64,000 bases of DNA, taken from assembly GCA_963711565.1 (NCBI GenBank), contig CAVQEQ010000004.1, positions 928,001 through 992,000 of the forward strand. Reading direction: 5' to 3'. A model generated the notes under the pieces. It was given only the letters and a program-made list of their open reading frames with translations. It ran no database searches and was not told where the DNA came from. The position numbers and the translations under genes are program-made. How positions within the stretch are numbered: position 1 is the first letter of the stretch; each line of letters begins with the position of its first letter. The DNA is from an uncultured delta proteobacterium (GTDB lineage: Bacteria > Desulfobacterota > Binatia > Binatales > Binataceae). Below, in pieces: positions 8,565 to 21,745 of the stretch.

Positions 8565-9682
8565 GCATAATCGGCAGCTCGGTCGCGTGGCGGCTCGCGT
8601 CCGAGGGCGTCCAGGTCTCGGTCTTCGAGCGGGGGCGTCTCGGGCTTGAAGCCTCATGGGCGGCGGCCGGACTCATCGGCCCTCAGGCCGAGGCGCACGA
8701 GCCCGGCGTATTCTTCGATCTCGCGCTGGCCGGCAAGCGCTCTTTCGACGCCGTCGTCGATCGCCTCACGGCCGAGAGCGGCGTCGATCCAGAGTACGAT
8801 CAACACGGCGTGCTGTACGTCGCATTCGACGATAGTGCGCGCGCCGAATTGCAGTCGCGTGCGCGATGGCAGCGTGCGGCCGGCGGCAACGTCGAGGAAC
8901 TGTCGCCGCGCGAGGCTTTCAAACTCGCGCCGGTGCTCTCGGAAAAGATCGTCTTCGCGCTGCACCTGCCCAACAATCGGCGCGTCGAGAATCGCAAGCT
9001 GACCCTTGCCTACATCAACGCGGCGACCCACGCCGGCGCAGACTTCCGTGAAGGCGCCCGCGTCAATTCGATCGCAATCGAAGGCGCGCGCGCCACCGGC
9101 ATCCGCCTCGCCGACGGCTCGCTCGAAAGCGGCAACGTCATCATCAACGCGGCCGGCGCATGGGCCGGCGACATTCGCGGCCTCGAAGACGATCGCATCC
9201 ACGTCTATCCGGTGCGCGGGCAAATCCTGTGCTTCGACGCGCGTCCCGGCCTGATCGGTCCCTCGATTTTTTCCAGCGCTGGAATATTGGTGCCGCGGCG
9301 CGACGGGAGAATCCTCGCCGGCTCGATTTTCGAGGAGGCGGGCTTCAACAAATCCGTCACGCTCGACGGGATGGAGCGAATCCTGCGCGCCGTGCGTGCG
9401 ATGGTCCCGTCGATCGCCTCCATTCCCTTTCGCGAAGCATGGGCTGGACTGCGCCCCGCCAGTGACGACCTGCTGCCGGTGCTGGGCCCGTCGCCGACGG
9501 TCGCGAACGTCCTCTACGCGGCCGGCCACTTCCGCAGCGGCATCCTGCTCTCCGCACTGACCGGCGAAGTGATCGCAGATCTTGTCAAAGGGCGTCAGCC
9601 CCCGATCGATCTCGCGCCATTCTCACCCGCACGCTTCCGCAACGGCGCCGCGCACCCGGTAAAGCTCGCCGACATGATATGA
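8540..9682 (+). CDS. thiO: Glycine oxidase ThiO-like FAD oxidoreductase
   Basis: GGGIIG dinucleotide fold, ASWAAAG, PVRGQ, WAGLRP, GHFRSGILL. Confidence 0.85.
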   Translation: MKALVIGGGIIGSSVAWRLASEGVQVSVFERGRLGLEASWAAAGLIGPQAEAHEPGVFFDLALAGKRSFDAVVDRLTAESGVDPEYDQHGVLYVAFDDSARAELQSRARWQRAAGGNVEELSPREAFKLAPVLSEKIVFALHLPNNRRVENRKLTLAYINAATHAGADFREGARVNSIAIEGARATGIRLADGSLESGNVIINAAGAWAGDIRGLEDDRIHVYPVRGQILCFDARPGLIGPSIFSSAGILVPRRDGRILAGSIFEEAGFNKSVTLDGMERILRAVRAMVPSIASIPFREAWAGLRPASDDLLPVLGPSPTVANVLYAAGHFRSGILLSALTGEVIADLVKGRQPPIDLAPFSPARFRNGAAHPVKLADMI

Positions 9683-10041
9683 GCCGCACCGTCGCACTGG
9701 GATTGATCCGCGACTTATTCTTCCGCGCGAAGATCGACGCGGTCGCCGCCGCCGTCGGCGCCGAAGTCGAGTATGTTTCATCGCTCGACGCCATAGCCGC
9801 GCGATGCGCCGCGACGCACCCCTCGATCATATTCACCGACCTCTCCGACGCGACGTTTCCCGCGCTCGACACACTGAAGCAAATCCGCGCCGCCGCTCCC
9901 GGCGCGCGCGTCATAGGATTCGCCTCGCATGTGGATCTGAAATCCTTGAAAGCCGCGCGCGACGCCGGTTACGAGCTGACGCTCTCGCGCAGCGAATTCA
10001 CCGCCCAACTCCCGGTCTTGCTGAAAGCGTCGACGCGCTGA
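9679..10041 (+). CDS. Stand-alone atypical receiver (CheY-like) domain protein
   Basis: DLFFRAKI, IIFTDL, IGFASHVD, ARDAG. ATGA overlap with the thiO stop. Confidence 0.7.
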   Translation: MSRTVALGLIRDLFFRAKIDAVAAAVGAEVEYVSSLDAIAARCAATHPSIIFTDLSDATFPALDTLKQIRAAAPGARVIGFASHVDLKSLKAARDAGYELTLSRSEFTAQLPVLLKASTR

Positions 10042-10095
10042 CTTTCAGTTATCCCCCTCCGGCGGGCTCGCTAATCGCTGCGCCGGAGCCGTCCT

Positions 10096-10126
10096 CTAAC
10101 CCCTGTCCCTTCTGAGGGGGAACAGG
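10096..10126. repeat. Degenerate extragenic palindrome (CTAACCCC...GGGGAAC type)
   Basis: ctaacccctgtcccttctgagggggaacagg resembles 16530-16558. Confidence 0.45.
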
Positions 10127-10498
10127 AGCGATGCAGCGTATGCATCATCCTGCAATCTCTTCACGCGCAAAGCCAATAAATGCATCTGTGTGCATATATG
10201 TGATATGAAAAGAGAGAGAAAAGTTATTTTCGAGAGACTTGCAATCTTATAGCGACATTGATAAGTACTCGCTCGGTTCACCCAAGCCTGTGGTTTCACC
10301 GAGGTCGCAACGACCTCAATGAGCCAAACGACATAGCCGTTTCCAAATGAAGTGACTGCTCACTTCTTCGAAAAACACGACGAGCAGCCGGAGGTGGATG
10401 TGTGCCCGCGCGTTCAGAGAAAGCGCAGGCGCCGCGGAACAGCCTCGCCCGCGATTGCGCGCAAACGAAATCGAGCGGCAGGGCAAAGGAGTCAGGAT

Positions 10499-11923
10499 GT
10501 GAAGACTCGGACAGCTCTACGAACCATAGCTTTGACAGTGTTTGCGCTCGCGACCGCGACAATAGAATCGCCCGACGCATACGGCGGTCCGGCCAATCGC
10601 GACGCATCGAGGCAAGCCAACTATCCCATCAACCTCGACGGCTTCGGCGCGCCATTGCCGGCGGTCGCGAGCAACGTCTCGGACCTCGGCATCTTCGCCA
10701 CCGGCCAGATCAACTTCAAGGAAATCGAAGATCTCCCTCAACTGGGGCCGCTCTTTAACGGCACCACCTGCACCGGATGCCATTCGCAGCCGTCCACCGG
10801 CGGCGGCGGTCTCTTTATCAACGAGATCCGCGTGCGCAACAACGCCGACCCCGGCCCGGTACACATCTTCGCGGCCGATAATATGTTGCGCAACGGTCCG
10901 CAGACGCAGGGTGGCACGCCGATCTTTGTGGGCGGGATGCAAGCCGAGCCGCTCGGATGCCAAATTACGGTCCCCGGATGCCAACTGTCGGCATGCCAGC
11001 AAGAGGAGGTGATGAAGACCACCTTCGACACCGACTTGCCGACCTGCGATCCGACCAGCGCGAACTTTGCCGGCGGCGGCAACTGCGTCGTAGGACGCTC
11101 CGCACTTCCGCTGTTCGGCGACGGCCTGGTCGAAGCCGTGTCGGATCAGACGTTGATCCAACTGGCGCAGAAGGAGCCACAGTCCGTTCAAGGCGTGGTC
11201 AAAATGGTCACCGAAAACTTCCTGAGCACCCCGCACGTCGCGCGCTTCGGCTGGAAGGACGATCACGTCTTCCTGCGCGGCTTCGCCGGCGACGCGTATC
11301 TGAATGAAATGGGAATCTCGAACCCGGACAATCCGGTCAACACGAGCAGTTGCGCGCTGGGTGTCACCCAATACGGCGTCGCGCTCGAAGATACCGGCAT
11401 CGAAGATACGATCGACCCCGACGGCGAAGCCGATATCGATCGCTTCTCGGACTTCATGCGCGCGCTGGCGCCGCCGCCGACGATTCCGCAGAACGCGTCG
11501 GCGTCGAGGGGCAAGAATCTTTTCAGTCAGCTGGGATGCGCCGGATGCCATGCGCCGTCGCTGACCACCGCCTCCAACCCGGCATCATTCATACCGTCAT
11601 CGACCGGCGGCATCGCGATCAGCTCGACACTAAATAAAGATCTTGCGAATCAGACCTTCCACCCGTACAGCGACTACCTGTTGCACAGCATGGGTGCGCT
11701 GGGTGACGGCATCACGTCCGGCACCGCCGGTCCTACGATGATGCGGACGGCCCCGCTGTGGGGCATCCGCGCCAAATCCGTCTTCCTGCACGACGGTCGC
11801 GCCGGCGATATCCCGGCTGCAATCTCCCTGCACGACGGCCAGGGCAAAGCAGCATCGCAAGCCTTCCAGGCGCTATCAACGTCGCAACAGCAGGACCTGG
11901 TAAACTTCCTCGACACTCTCTAA
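10499..11923 (+). CDS. Secreted di-heme c protein (di-heme oxidoreductase DHOR/DUF1111-like)
   Basis: Signal-like N-terminus from GTG 10499 with AAGGAG upstream, LGPLFN-CTGCH, RFGWK, GCAGCH, YSDYLLH, RTAPLWG, FLHDGRA. Confidence 0.85.
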   Translation: MKTRTALRTIALTVFALATATIESPDAYGGPANRDASRQANYPINLDGFGAPLPAVASNVSDLGIFATGQINFKEIEDLPQLGPLFNGTTCTGCHSQPSTGGGGLFINEIRVRNNADPGPVHIFAADNMLRNGPQTQGGTPIFVGGMQAEPLGCQITVPGCQLSACQQEEVMKTTFDTDLPTCDPTSANFAGGGNCVVGRSALPLFGDGLVEAVSDQTLIQLAQKEPQSVQGVVKMVTENFLSTPHVARFGWKDDHVFLRGFAGDAYLNEMGISNPDNPVNTSSCALGVTQYGVALEDTGIEDTIDPDGEADIDRFSDFMRALAPPPTIPQNASASRGKNLFSQLGCAGCHAPSLTTASNPASFIPSSTGGIAISSTLNKDLANQTFHPYSDYLLHSMGALGDGITSGTAGPTMMRTAPLWGIRAKSVFLHDGRAGDIPAAISLHDGQGKAASQAFQALSTSQQQDLVNFLDTL

Positions 11924-11933
11924 GCACCCACAA

Positions 11934-11967
11934 ATTGCGCGGGGGAGCATTGCTTCCCCGCGCGATT
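11934..11967. terminator. Stem-loop after the di-heme gene
   Basis: attgcgcgggggagca / tgcttccccgcgcgat inverted repeat with G-U pairs; weak U tail. Confidence 0.55.
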
Positions 11968-12030
11968 CATACCTCCGGCCTTCATTTCAATTAAGTTCTT
12001 TGGGTCTCTCGCCAGTGCTATAAATTTTTC

Positions 12031-15000
12031 ATGCCCGCTCCGCTCGACGATTTCCATCCCGCCGTTCGCGCATGGTTCGAGCGGCGTTTCGATGCGCCCT
12101 CGCGCGCGCAGGAGCTCGGATGGCCCGTAATCGGTGCAGCCAACGAGGCGCCTGGCTTCGACGTCCTTCTATGCGCGCCGACCGGCAGCGGCAAGACGCT
12201 CGCCGCGTTCATGTGGGCGATCAACGGGCTGGTGCTCGACGCATCGCGCGTCGCCCTTCGCGACGAAGTCTCGGTGCTCTATGTGTCGCCGCTCAAGGCG
12301 CTCGCCAACGACATCAGGCTGAATCTCGAGGAGCCGCTGCACGGTGTGCGAGACGCCGGCGCCGAAGCGGGGCTCGATCTTTCGCGCATCCGAGCCGGCC
12401 TTCGCACCGGCGACACTTCCGCGAGCGAGCGCACGGCGATGCTCCGGCGGCCGCCGCACATCCTCGTAACGACGCCGGAGTCGTTGTTCATCCTGCTGAC
12501 CTCGCCGAAGTTCCGCGAGAAGCTCGCCAATGTACGCCACGTGATCGTCGATGAACTCCACGCGCTCGCCGGCAACAAGCGCGGGGCGCATCTCGCGTTG
12601 ACGCTGGAGCGCCTCGAGCGCTTCGTGACGAGTCGCGGGAATGCGCGCCCTAATCGAATCGGGCTTTCGGCGACGCTGAATCCAATCGAAAAGCTGGCCG
12701 GATTCCTGGCTGGCTATGATGTAGCTGGTGACAACACGCGCACGCCGCGTCCGATCAAAATAGTTCGCGCCGACGATCGCGTCCGTGCGATGGATTTGCA
12801 GGTCATCGCACCCGGCCCCGAGCTGGGACCGCTCGCGACGCATCCGCATTGGGAGGCGATGTACGACGAAGTCGCGCGCCTCATCGGCGAGCATCGCACG
12901 ACGCTGGTCTTCACTCTGAGCCGCCGCCACGCCGAGCGGGTCGCGCTGAATCTGCAGAAGCGGCTCGGTATCGACGCGGTGATGGCGCATCATGGCAGCC
13001 TCGCGCGCAGCGAGCGGCTGCTTGCCGAGCAACGCCTCAAGCGCGGCGAGTTGAAAGCGATCGTCGCGACCGCGTCGCTTGAACTCGGCATCAACGTCGG
13101 CGCCGTCGAGCTCGTATGCCAGCTCGATACGCCCAAATCTATCTCGGCTGCGATTCAGCGCATCGGCCGCTCGGGGCACAGCCTCGGCGCGACGCCCAAG
13201 GGCCGCTTCTTCGCGCTAACAACCGACGATCTGCTCGAATGCGGCGCGGCTGTGCGGGCGATTCGCCGCGGCCATCTCGACGAAGTGGAAATCCCGATGG
13301 GATGCGTCGATATAGCGGCGCAGCAAATCGTCGCAATCGCCGCCGAGGAAGAGGAAATCACAGACGCCGAGCTGCTGCGCGTGCTGCGGAGTGCCTACAA
13401 CTTCGGCGATCTCGACGCCGCCCGCCTGCGCCATCTGCTCGAACAGCTCGCCGCCGAGTTGCCCGAGCGAATCATGGGCGCGGCGCCGAAAATTTTCTTC
13501 GATCGCGTCAACGCCCGCGTCCGCCCGCGCCGATCCGCGCGGCTGTCGGCAATCACCTCGGGCGGAACGATCCCCGAAGCCGGCAACTACGACGTCGTGA
13601 TCGAGTCCGAGGGTCGCAAGGTCGGCAACGTCGAGGAGGACTTCGCGCAGGAGTCGTCGCGCGGCGACGTGTTCTCGCTCGGCTCGATGCCGTGGCAGAT
13701 TCAGCGCATCTCGCGCGGGCGCCTGATGGTCGAGCCGGCGCCCGGGATGGCGCCGACGCTGCCGTTCTGGCAGACCGAGGCGGGCGGCCGCTCTCAGGCG
13801 CTGTCGGCCGAGATTTGCGATCTGCGTCACGAGATTTGGAATCGCCTCGAGCGTAACGAGTCGGCCGAAGAGTGGCTGATAAGCGAATGCGCGATGTCGG
13901 AGCGCGCGGCGACGCAAGCCGCCGACTACGTGCGTCGTGGCGTGGAAGCGCTCGGCGCGATCCCGGACGCGAAGACCGTCGTCGTCGAGCGTTTTTTCGA
14001 CGGCCTGGGCGGCACGCAAATCGTCATCCACACGCCGTTCGGGATTCGTCTCAACCGCGGACTGGGCCTCGCGATTCGAAAGCGCCTGTGCCAGTCGTTC
14101 GATTTCGAAATCCAGGCGTCCGCGATCGACGACGGCGTCCTGCTGGCGCTGAACTCGCGCCACAGCTTTCCGCTCGACACGCTGTTCAGCATGCTGAAGG
14201 CGCGCAACGCGCGCGACGTACTCGTGCAGGCGCTGCTGGCGGCGCCGATGTTCGAAGTGCGCTTCCGTCATGTGGCGACGCGCGCGCTGGCCGTGATGCG
14301 TTCGTCGCGCGGCAAGAAAGTACCCGCGTGGATTCAGCGCCTGCGATCGCAGGAACTTCTGTCGTCGATTTTTCCCGGCCAGCAAGCATGCTTCGAGAAC
14401 CGGCCCGGCGCGATCGAGCTGCCGGATCATTTTGTGATCGACGAAACGATTCGCGAGTGCCTCGAGGAATCCACCGACCTGCCGCGCACAATCCGGATGC
14501 TCGAAGGAATCGAGAGCGGCGCAATTCGCACCGTCGGCGTTGACGCGATCGCGCCGTCCGTGTTTGCGCATCGCCTGTTGCTCGCGTGGGACTACTCGTT
14601 CCTCGACGACGGCGAGCGCGCCAACCGCCGCTCGCGCACCGTCACGATGAATCGCGGCATGGCCGAGGACGTTTTCCGCAAGGAGGACCTGTCGGAGCTG
14701 CTCTCCTCGGAGGCGGTCGACAGCGTCGTCGCCGAAGTGACGGGCCGTGCTGCGGGACGCAGGCCGCGCTCGCGCGACGAGCTGTACGAATTGATTCGCG
14801 TGCACGGCGCGATGACGTTGGCTGAGGTTGAAGAACGCGTTGGCGAAGGCGCGCGTGTAATGATCGCGGAGCTGGACGCCGAGGGCAGACTCGCGCGCGT
14901 CAGCGTCAGCGGCGAATCAGTGGAGAGAATTATCGCGAGCGAGGACAAAGATATCTTCGCCGCCGCATACGACAACATCGGCGATGGCGAAGCTGCGCGC

Positions 15001-16500
15001 GTCGAACTCGCGCGGCGCGCGATGAAGACTTGCGGGCCGACGACCGCTCGCGAAGTTGCCGCCCGATTGCGTTTCAAAGAGTCGGACATCGAGCAGAGCC
15101 TCGCGGCGCTGGAAGGGCAGGGCGCAGTTTTCCGAGGCCACTTCACGCGCTCCGACACCATCCAGTGGTGCGACCGCTACAACCTCGAACGGATTCATCG
15201 GATGACGCTGGCGCGCGTGCGCGCTGAAATCGAGCCGTGCGCCGATCACGAATACGCCGCGTTCCGGCTGCGATGGATGCATGTCGGCGGCGCTGAGCTT
15301 CCCGCCGATCAGACCGGAGTCGCGGCGGTGCTCGAGCAGCTCTCAGGAATCGCGGCGACGCCCGAGATTTGGGAACACGCGATTCTGCCGGCGCGAATCG
15401 CGGGATACCGGCCTGAGATGCTCGATCTCGTCTGCATGAGCGGTCAGATGAAGTGGGTCGCGATTCCGGGAGAACATATCGAAGGTGCGCATCCTGTGAG
15501 CACGCCGTCGCGGATTACGTTCGTCGCCCGCAAAGCAAACCTGTTCGTGCCGCACGCAGATGCTGCCTCCGAAGAGGCAAAGGAGAATGCGGTGCTGGAG
15601 GCTCTGGGAGCCTTCGGTGCGCAGTACCTGGACGAGGTCGCGGAGCGCGCGAACGTCTCCGAGCGCGATGCGCTTTCTGCTCTGTGGCGGATGGCGGCGG
15701 CGGGGCGCGTCAGCAACGACAGCTTCGCGCCGCTCAGGATGTTCGCCGGCGATCGCGGCGCCGAGCGCGTGCTCGAGTCCGTCGCGCGCCGACCGACGAC
15801 TCGCCATGACGCCGCACTGCGTGCGCGCCTGAAGTCGAGCCTCGCCGGCCGCTGGTCGCTGATTCACGCAAGCGAAGGTGCCGGCGACGCGCGAGAACTC
15901 GCGCTCAAGCTGCTCGAGCGTCACGGAATTCTCGCGCGCGAGATGCTCGGATTCGAATCGACGCATATCTCGTGGAGCGAGATCGCATTCGAGCTGCGGC
16001 GGCTCGAATATGGCGGCACGATTCGGCGCGGATGGTTCGTGCGCTCGCTCTCCGGCGAGCAGTACGCGCTGCCCGAGGCCGTAGAGATGCTGCACGCGGC
16101 GCGGAATCTTATTGCGGCGCGCGAGAAACCCATTGCGCTAAGCGCGATCGATCCCGCCAATCCCTATGGTGTCGTGATTCCGGGATGCGGTATCGCGCGC
16201 GAGGCTGGCAACGTGATCGTGCTGCGCGCCGGTCGCGTAGTCGCGGGATTGCAGGGACGCGCGATGATTACCGGCGGCGATCGCGAGGTGGACGACGAGA
16301 GTTTCGGCGCGGCGGTCGCGGCTCTGATGACGCTGAAGCCGCATATTACGATCGATTCAATCGACGGTGTCGCGGCGCTCGAATCGTCGCGAGTTGGAAT
16401 CCTGGCCGCGATGCGATTCCATTCGGACGGCCGCTCGCTGGTTTTCGACGGCCTGCATGGCCCGGCACCGTCGCGCTCGCGTCAGGTGAACTTAAAGTGA
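12031..16500 (+). CDS. lhr: Lhr-family ATP-dependent DEAD/DEAH helicase (long form)
   Basis: APTGSGKT, SPLKALAND, TTPES, DELH, LSAT, HHGSL, QRIGRSGH; C-terminal GEQYALP and DPANPYG motifs. Confidence 0.95.
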   Translation: MPAPLDDFHPAVRAWFERRFDAPSRAQELGWPVIGAANEAPGFDVLLCAPTGSGKTLAAFMWAINGLVLDASRVALRDEVSVLYVSPLKALANDIRLNLEEPLHGVRDAGAEAGLDLSRIRAGLRTGDTSASERTAMLRRPPHILVTTPESLFILLTSPKFREKLANVRHVIVDELHALAGNKRGAHLALTLERLERFVTSRGNARPNRIGLSATLNPIEKLAGFLAGYDVAGDNTRTPRPIKIVRADDRVRAMDLQVIAPGPELGPLATHPHWEAMYDEVARLIGEHRTTLVFTLSRRHAERVALNLQKRLGIDAVMAHHGSLARSERLLAEQRLKRGELKAIVATASLELGINVGAVELVCQLDTPKSISAAIQRIGRSGHSLGATPKGRFFALTTDDLLECGAAVRAIRRGHLDEVEIPMGCVDIAAQQIVAIAAEEEEITDAELLRVLRSAYNFGDLDAARLRHLLEQLAAELPERIMGAAPKIFFDRVNARVRPRRSARLSAITSGGTIPEAGNYDVVIESEGRKVGNVEEDFAQESSRGDVFSLGSMPWQIQRISRGRLMVEPAPGMAPTLPFWQTEAGGRSQALSAEICDLRHEIWNRLERNESAEEWLISECAMSERAATQAADYVRRGVEALGAIPDAKTVVVERFFDGLGGTQIVIHTPFGIRLNRGLGLAIRKRLCQSFDFEIQASAIDDGVLLALNSRHSFPLDTLFSMLKARNARDVLVQALLAAPMFEVRFRHVATRALAVMRSSRGKKVPAWIQRLRSQELLSSIFPGQQACFENRPGAIELPDHFVIDETIRECLEESTDLPRTIRMLEGIESGAIRTVGVDAIAPSVFAHRLLLAWDYSFLDDGERANRRSRTVTMNRGMAEDVFRKEDLSELLSSEAVDSVVAEVTGRAAGRRPRSRDELYELIRVHGAMTLAEVEERVGEGARVMIAELDAEGRLARVSVSGESVERIIASEDKDIFAAAYDNIGDGEAARVELARRAMKTCGPTTAREVAARLRFKESDIEQSLAALEGQGAVFRGHFTRSDTIQWCDRYNLERIHRMTLARVRAEIEPCADHEYAAFRLRWMHVGGAELPADQTGVAAVLEQLSGIAATPEIWEHAILPARIAGYRPEMLDLVCMSGQMKWVAIPGEHIEGAHPVSTPSRITFVARKANLFVPHADAASEEAKENAVLEALGAFGAQYLDEVAERANVSERDALSALWRMAAAGRVSNDSFAPLRMFAGDRGAERVLESVARRPTTRHDAALRARLKSSLAGRWSLIHASEGAGDARELALKLLERHGILAREMLGFESTHISWSEIAFELRRLEYGGTIRRGWFVRSLSGEQYALPEAVEMLHAARNLIAAREKPIALSAIDPANPYGVVIPGCGIAREAGNVIVLRAGRVVAGLQGRAMITGGDREVDDESFGAAVAALMTLKPHITIDSIDGVAALESSRVGILAAMRFHSDGRSLVFDGLHGPAPSRSRQVNLK

Positions 16501-16522
16501 TGGTTGAAGAAGAGAAAAGAAC

Positions 16523-16558
16523 CTAACCCCTAACCCCTTCCCGCGCGGGAAGGGGAAC
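16523..16558. repeat. Extragenic palindrome or terminator-like hairpin
   Basis: (ctaaccc)x2 leading into the perfect stem ccccttccc-gcgc-gggaagggg, followed by aac. Confidence 0.65.
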
Positions 16559-16736
16559 CGGTCGCAGAGACCCAGCCGACGCCGGCGCCGTCTTCCGCGA
16601 TTTGCCAGTTGCTTGGGCGCGCTCGCGCGCTATTCTGAACACATAGCAAATTAATTGGATTGGCTGGCGCATGGGAGTTGAAAATTCGCGTCCCCTTCCA
16701 CAACCGCGATCGCATCAGGAGGGCAGGGCTCTAGCA

Positions 16737-19495
<2,759 letters not shown>

Positions 19496-19499
<4 letters not shown>

Positions 19500-20182
19500 C
19501 GAAGCATGTCGGCATCGTCGCGGTCAGCTCCGAAGGCGCCGCGCTCTGTTACCGCACGATCTGTCTCGAAGGCGCCGCGCTTCTCGGACTGCATGATCAT
19601 CCGGAGGTCACCCTTCACGGTTTCTCCCTGGGCAGCTATCAGCGCCTCATCGACGATGACCGTTGGGACAGTGTGGGCGAGATGATGCTTGAGTCGGCGG
19701 CGCGGCTCGTCAGGTCGGGAGCGCAATTGCTCATCTGCCCCGACAACACCGTTCACCAGGGACTCGATCTTGTCCGCGAGCGTTCACCTGCGCCGTGGAT
19801 TCACATCGCACAGGAAGTCGCCGGCGAGGCGCAGCAGTGCGGCTTCAAGCGGCTCGCTATTCTAGGTACGCGCTTCCTGATGGAAGGTCCCGTGTATCGA
19901 TCCAAGCTCGCGTCGGTGGGCATCGACCACCGCGTTCCGAACGCCGAACAGCGCGCGCGTATCAATCAGATCATTTACGATGAATTGGTAGGCGCGCGTT
20001 TCCTGCCGGAGTCTCGCGTGTATTTTCAAAACGTTATCCGCGACCTTGCCGACGACGGCTGCGACGCGGTCGCTTTGGCCTGTACCGAGATTCCGCTGCT
20101 CATCAGCGCCGCCGACTCGCCGTTGCCGATTCTCGACTCGACGCGCATTCTCGCTCGCGCCGCGCTGCGTAAGGCGACCTGA
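19496..20182 (+). CDS. Aspartate/glutamate racemase family protein
   Basis: ICPDNTVH, LGTRFLME, LACTEIP. GTG start overlaps the acnA stop. Confidence 0.88.
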
Positions 20183-20218
20183 GCGGGAAACTGTAGATTC
20201 GCACGTGACGCGTTGCGT

Positions 20219-20524
20219 CTATTGCGTCTGGCTGCCGGCCGCGCCGGAGACCGTCGAGGCGCTCGGCGTGGCGGCGGATGGCGCGGCGGGCTTCAATGCG
20301 GTGTCGTAGCTCGCGATGCACTTGTAGAAAGACGGCATTTTCTGCAATCGCGCCTTGCAGCCGTCCTCGGATTTGAACGTCTTGAACTTGATCCACTGCG
20401 ATATGGGCGCAGTCGTATTCATCTTGTAATCGCCCGACGCGTCCTTGACCGGCGGGAAAACCGGCGGCGGCAGCATCAGGTACCAGCTAATTAACACCAT
20501 CGCAGTCGCATAACATTTTCGCAT
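20219..20524 (-). CDS. Small probably secreted protein (WYLMLPP motif, Cys pair, Ala/Ser-rich tail)
   Basis: Short hydrophobic N-terminus, APISQW...F.S...C...C pattern, coding-like codon usage. Confidence 0.65.
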   Translation of the reverse strand: MRKCYATAMVLISWYLMLPPPVFPPVKDASGDYKMNTTAPISQWIKFKTFKSEDGCKARLQKMPSFYKCIASYDTALKPAAPSAATPSASTVSGAAGSQTQ

Positions 20525-20572
20525 CCCCGATCAGTTACCGATTTTCTCCGCTGAATGCGATAGGCGCGCGGC

Positions 20573-21658
20573 TCACGCCGGCTGCGGCGCGACTGCATCG
20601 AGGCGCACCGAAGCGCCGCTCTTGCGGGTAGCGTATCGGCTCAGCAGTCGCACGACCCCGGGCGTGACTTCGTCGATCGCCTCGCGCCGGAAGCCTACTG
20701 CCTCCGGGCCGCGCGCGCGCATCATCCCCATCATCGACAGCCGCAGCAGAGCCGCCACCGCCTGGCAGTAGCGGAAGCGCTCGAACTCCATCGGCGCCAT
20801 CGCATGGTAGAGCGGCAGGTACAAGGCCGCGAAACTCGCGCGCAGCCCATTGCCCGCGAGGTTGTCGCGCATCCATCGCGGATGCTCCATAGCTGACGAC
20901 GACAGGATCACCGCCGTCATCGCGGCATCCAGATGACGGTCGCCGACATCGGTATTCACCCAATCGATCACGCCGGTCACGCTCACGCCATTCACCATCA
21001 CGTTTTGCGGATGGTAGTCCATGTGCACGAGCGAGTCGGGACTGCGGCGAAATTTTGGCGCGCGCTCGGTCACCAGATTGAGCGCCTCGCGCAGGCCTGG
21101 CAACGGACCGTTCTCGACGCGATTGGCGATTATGGCGAGTACTCGATCGAGCAGCGGGGAGACCGAGGTGGCGCCATCGATCGGCGCGTATGCGTGCGGA
21201 ATCTCGCTCAGGCCCGCGCTCGTCGGATCCAATTTATGCAGCCGCGATTGCGTGCGGACGAACGAAAAAAAGGCCATCGAGAAAGTCTTGAACGCACTCG
21301 GAAAGCTGCGTGCGGCGAACAGCGGTCCGCCCGCCAGGCGCTGCATGATGAGAAATGGCGCGCCCAGCCCGCGATGGTCGCCCTCGAAGGCGTATGCGCG
21401 GGGCACGGGATAGCCGGCGGCGAACAGGCGCTCGATGGTGGCGTGTTCGCGATCGCCTTTGGAGTCGGCCGCGGAGCCTTGATAGAAGCGCAACACCATC
21501 GGCACGCCGACCGGGACGGCCGCGAACCGCTGCGAGGCCGTCTCGAGCGTGAACTCGAAGACCGTCGTCTCCCATCCGCTGGCAAGGACGCTCAAGCGCG
21601 CGACCGGCGCACCGAGATAGGCGGATAGACGTTGCGCGATGTCACGAGGGTCGAGCAT
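20573..21658 (-). CDS. Aminoglycoside phosphotransferase/choline kinase family protein
   Basis: PFLIMQRL, HMDYHPQNV (Brenner-like motif), GVIDW. Confidence 0.85.
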   Translation of the reverse strand: MLDPRDIAQRLSAYLGAPVARLSVLASGWETTVFEFTLETASQRFAAVPVGVPMVLRFYQGSAADSKGDREHATIERLFAAGYPVPRAYAFEGDHRGLGAPFLIMQRLAGGPLFAARSFPSAFKTFSMAFFSFVRTQSRLHKLDPTSAGLSEIPHAYAPIDGATSVSPLLDRVLAIIANRVENGPLPGLREALNLVTERAPKFRRSPDSLVHMDYHPQNVMVNGVSVTGVIDWVNTDVGDRHLDAAMTAVILSSSAMEHPRWMRDNLAGNGLRASFAALYLPLYHAMAPMEFERFRYCQAVAALLRLSMMGMMRARGPEAVGFRREAIDEVTPGVVRLLSRYATRKSGASVRLDAVAPQPA

Positions 21659-21745
21659 TAGACAAACGCAGGCGGAGAATCCGCGCGAATCGCAGCGTAG
21701 TACACGCGGGAATCGGGCGCAATTGACCTGACACGCGTGTCAGGT

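Noticed and set aside
10259-10272. FNR/CRP-like site upstream of the di-heme gene
   Set aside because: Only a TTGAT half-site is present, with no matching ATCAA.
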